This document shows positions 61,058 to 64,000 of a DNA stretch of 64,000 nucleotides, piece after piece (within the stretch, counting starts at the first letter, position 1; each line of letters begins with the position of its first letter). The notes under the pieces were generated by a model. That model was given only the letters and a program-made list of their open reading frames with translations, was not told the origin of the DNA and ran no database searches. The DNA is taken from NCBI GenBank assembly GCA_017409005.1, contig JAFQTP010000007.1, positions 28,854-92,853 on the forward strand. Direction: 5' to 3'. A program made the position numbers and the translations under genes. Origin of the DNA: Clostridia bacterium (GTDB taxonomy: Bacteria > Bacillota > Clostridia > Christensenellales > UBA1242).

Positions 61058-62326
61058 ATGAAAAAGAAAAATTGGTTCTTACTTGATAATGCGGCAAAAA
61101 TTTTCCCTTGCTCGTCAAATAAAAATAATCCACATATGTTTAGTGTTAGTGCAACCCTTGTAGAAGATATTAATCAAACCATTTTACAAGAAACCATTAA
61201 CATGGTTTTAACACGCTTTCCTAGTTTTAACGTAAGGCTAAAAAAGGGTTTGTTTTGGTATTATTTAGAAGAAAACCCTAAAGATTATGTTGTTGAAGAA
61301 ACCAAAGGTGATTTATTTAACTTTAATTGGTTAAAACATAAAAACGATTATTTGTTTAATTTATCGTACTATAAAAACAAAATAACAATGGTTGTTTTTC
61401 ATGCTTTAAGCGATGGCACTGGTGCCATGGAATTTTTAAAAAGTGTTGTTTTTCAATACTTAAAGTTAACCGGCAAAAAAGTTGATGCCGAGGGTATTAT
61501 TAAAGACCCAGATGCACCATCTAGCAACAACGAAGATAAAGATAATTTTGTTAAATATTATAAAAAAGATAAAGAGGGTCCACCAAAAGAAGAAAAAGCT
61601 TATCACATTGAGGGCACTCACTTCGACTATGGTGTTGGACTTGTGGTTGGAACCGCAAGTGTTCAGGAAGTTAAAAAACTTGCAAAAAAATATGATGTAA
61701 CTTTAACAACTTATTTGGCGGCTTTGTATAGCTATGCGGCTTATGTTGATGCTTACAATCCAAATAGGCAAATTAAAAAGCCAATTAAATTGTTTGTTCC
61801 GGCAAATATGCGTAAAATTTTTAAAGATGAAACCATGCGTAATTTTGCTGGTTACATTAGGCTTAACACCCACTTTAAACCAGATTTAACATTTGAGGAT
61901 ATTATTCTAGACTATAAACAACAAATGGCCGATAAAATGAATAAAGATTATTTAACAAAGGCAAGCAACTCTAATGTTAGAATGGAACGTAATTGGATTT
62001 TACGAATTACGCCGCTATTTATTAAAAACTTTGTTATGAAAATTGCCTACAATATTTTGGGCGATAGCATTCAAACTTCAAGTGTTAGCAATTTAGGCAT
62101 AATTAATTTGCCAAAATCAATGGAAAAATATGTTTTAAACATGGGGTTCGATTTAGGTGCAAGTTATTTAATTACTAAAAACTTTGGCATTTGTTCTTAT
62201 AAAGATAAGTTAAATTTAAGTTTTAGCCGTAGCATTGTTGAAACTGGTTTAGAAAAACAATTTTTTAAAGTGTTAACCGACCAAGGCATTAAAGTTGAGT
62301 TGGTTAGCAACTATTGGGAGAAGTGA
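61058..62326 (+). CDS. Alcohol acetyltransferase / condensation-domain family protein
   Basis: LDNAAKIF, FHALSDGTG (HxxxDG) and SNLG motifs. Confidence 0.82.
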   Translation: MKKKNWFLLDNAAKIFPCSSNKNNPHMFSVSATLVEDINQTILQETINMVLTRFPSFNVRLKKGLFWYYLEENPKDYVVEETKGDLFNFNWLKHKNDYLFNLSYYKNKITMVVFHALSDGTGAMEFLKSVVFQYLKLTGKKVDAEGIIKDPDAPSSNNEDKDNFVKYYKKDKEGPPKEEKAYHIEGTHFDYGVGLVVGTASVQEVKKLAKKYDVTLTTYLAALYSYAAYVDAYNPNRQIKKPIKLFVPANMRKIFKDETMRNFAGYIRLNTHFKPDLTFEDIILDYKQQMADKMNKDYLTKASNSNVRMERNWILRITPLFIKNFVMKIAYNILGDSIQTSSVSNLGIINLPKSMEKYVLNMGFDLGASYLITKNFGICSYKDKLNLSFSRSIVETGLEKQFFKVLTDQGIKVELVSNYWEK

Positions 62327-62327
62327 T

Positions 62328-62999
62328 ATGAAAAGATGTGAACATTGTAATGTTGATGTTAATACAAACCATGGCACTTGTCCGCTATGTTTTGGAACAC
62401 TTACCGAAGTTAACAACAAACCTGGGTTAGACCCATTTAAGGAAAAAGAAGATGTTGTTGAAAACAAATCAAAACAGATACTATTTAAATTGTTTTTATA
62501 TTTATCTATTATTGCTGTTGGTGTTTGTGTAATTATTAATTTAATGACCGAGCCACTTCCTCTTTGGAGTTTAATTGTTGCAATTGGTGTTCTTTATTGT
62601 TGGGTTTTAATTTATCACACAATAATTAGTAAGCGCAGCATATTTGAAAAATTGTTTTTGCAAATTGGAATAATTGTTGGATTGTTGTTTGTTTGCGAAT
62701 GGGTTTCTGGTGGCGAAAAATGGATGGTTGACTATGCAATGCCATCAATTTCAATGGCAGTAATGTTAGTGTTGTTTGTTTTGGCTCAAACATTAAAATA
62801 TCATAAAGGGCTGTTAGCATTTTTTATAATGACATTTATTTTAACATTAATTTCCGGAATTTTACTTTTGTGCAAAGTTCCAACTTTTAATCTTTTAAAC
62901 ATCATAACAATATGTGCTGGCGTTACAGCTTTGGTTGGCATGATTATGTTTAAAGGTAGTGTTCTTAAAAAAGAGTTTAGCAAAAAATTTCATGTTTAG
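62328..62999 (+). CDS. DUF6320-like membrane protein
   Basis: N-terminal CEHC...CPLC, multiple TMs, KKFH C-terminus; follows the acetyltransferase gene. Confidence 0.7.
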   Translation: MKRCEHCNVDVNTNHGTCPLCFGTLTEVNNKPGLDPFKEKEDVVENKSKQILFKLFLYLSIIAVGVCVIINLMTEPLPLWSLIVAIGVLYCWVLIYHTIISKRSIFEKLFLQIGIIVGLLFVCEWVSGGEKWMVDYAMPSISMAVMLVLFVLAQTLKYHKGLLAFFIMTFILTLISGILLLCKVPTFNLLNIITICAGVTALVGMIMFKGSVLKKEFSKKFHV

Positions 63000-63008
63000 A
63001 GGTAAGTT

Positions 63009-64000
63009 ATGAAACGTAATGAAATAGACGTTAAATACACTTGGGATTTAAGCAAGTTTTATAAGTCGGATGCCGAATGGTATGCCGACTTTAAAATTGC
63101 CAAAACCTATAAAGGTAAGTTTTTAAAGTTTAAAGGAAAGTTAAATAGTAAACAAAGTTTGCTGGAGTATTTTGAATTTTCAAAAAAAGTTAGTTTGTTA
63201 ATTGATAAACTTTATATGTATGCGTCAAACAATTTAAACATTAACCTTGATAGTGCAACCTATAGCGAAATGACTAATTTAGTAATTGCACTAGCAAGCG
63301 AACTTGATGCTGAAGATAGTTTTTCTGAACCAGAATTGCTTGGCTACAGCGAAGAATATTTTAAAGAATTAATTGCCGATAAAAACTTTAAAAACCACAA
63401 GCTATATTTTAAAAATTTGCTTCGCGATAAAAAACATATTTTAACTGAAGCCGAAGAAAAACTGCTTAGTGGTGTTAAAAATTTTGCAGGCGATTCAGCC
63501 GACTTATTTGACGGACTTACAAATGTAGATTTTAAGTTTAAAGATGTTACTGATTCTAACGGAAAAACATATCCGTTAACAAAAACAAATGCGTCAACTT
63601 ATTTTGAAAGCCACGATAGGGTTTTACGTAAAAGTGCCAGCGAAAACTATAATAAAAAGTTTAAAGAGTTTAATAACACCATTGCAATTAATTATATTAA
63701 CAATTTAAAAGCCGATCACTTTTTTAGTGTGGCACGTAAGTTTAAAAACACCTTTGAAGCAAGCCTATATTCTGAAAATGTTAGCAAAAAATTATACAAT
63801 AAATTAATTGAACAAACACATAAAAACATTCCTTTAATTAACAAATACTATGCTTTGCGAAAAAAGGCTTTAGGTGTAGATAAGTTGTTTGGCTACGACC
63901 TTAGTGTCAGTATGTGTAAAGATTTTGACAAAAAGTTTACTTTTGAAGAAACCAAACAAATAATTTTAGAAGCACTAAAACCATTAGGGGAACAATATTT
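63009..64000 (+). CDS. pepF: Oligoendopeptidase F (3' truncated by window)
   Basis: MKRNEIDVKYTWDLS start, LYMYA and DRVLRK; frame appears open to the window end (absent from ORF track because no stop). Confidence 0.85.
   Translation, partial: MKRNEIDVKYTWDLSKFYKSDAEWYADFKIAKTYKGKFLKFKGKLNSKQSLLEYFEFSKKVSLLIDKLYMYASNNLNINLDSATYSEMTNLVIALASELDAEDSFSEPELLGYSEEYFKELIADKNFKNHKLYFKNLLRDKKHILTEAEEKLLSGVKNFAGDSADLFDGLTNVDFKFKDVTDSNGKTYPLTKTNASTYFESHDRVLRKSASENYNKKFKEFNNTIAINYINNLKADHFFSVARKFKNTFEASLYSENVSKKLYNKLIEQTHKNIPLINKYYALRKKALGVDKLFGYDLSVSMCKDFDKKFTFEETKQIILEALKPLGEQY

Overview
Very AT-rich chromosomal window, probably from a low-GC Clostridia-like bacterium (inferred from gene content: adhE plus phosphotransferase, mrnC-rlmB-sigH-dnaX-ybaB-recR, eno, pepF). 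About half of it is accessory DNA. (1) Two tyrosine-integrase elements sit in tandem in a tRNA-Thr(GGT) gene. Element A (~7.68-21.39 kb) is a mobilizable defence island carrying a MobL-type relaxase, Hachiman, an Eco47II-like R-M system whose MTase has a nonsense codon, and a Toprim protein. It splits the host tRNA at the anticodon loop and carries a complete replacement tRNA-Thr with compensatory base changes. Element B (~21.38-25.73 kb) has a frameshifted integrase. (2) An integrase-less island (~26.8-39.2 kb) lies next to tRNA-Ser(GCT). It holds a C5-MTase / MORC-like ATPase-histidine kinase / receiver-HEPN operon, two lipoproteins, an HhH-GPD Fe-S glycosylase and a BcgI-like R-M system. 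(3) The best candidate for an undescribed system is a standalone reverse transcriptase (42017-43225, YSDD). It is co-transcribed with a ~135-nt structured leader closed by a perfect 10-bp terminal stem, and it shows no retron, DGR, CRISPR or group II intron hallmarks. All family assignments come from motif recognition by eye, not database searches.
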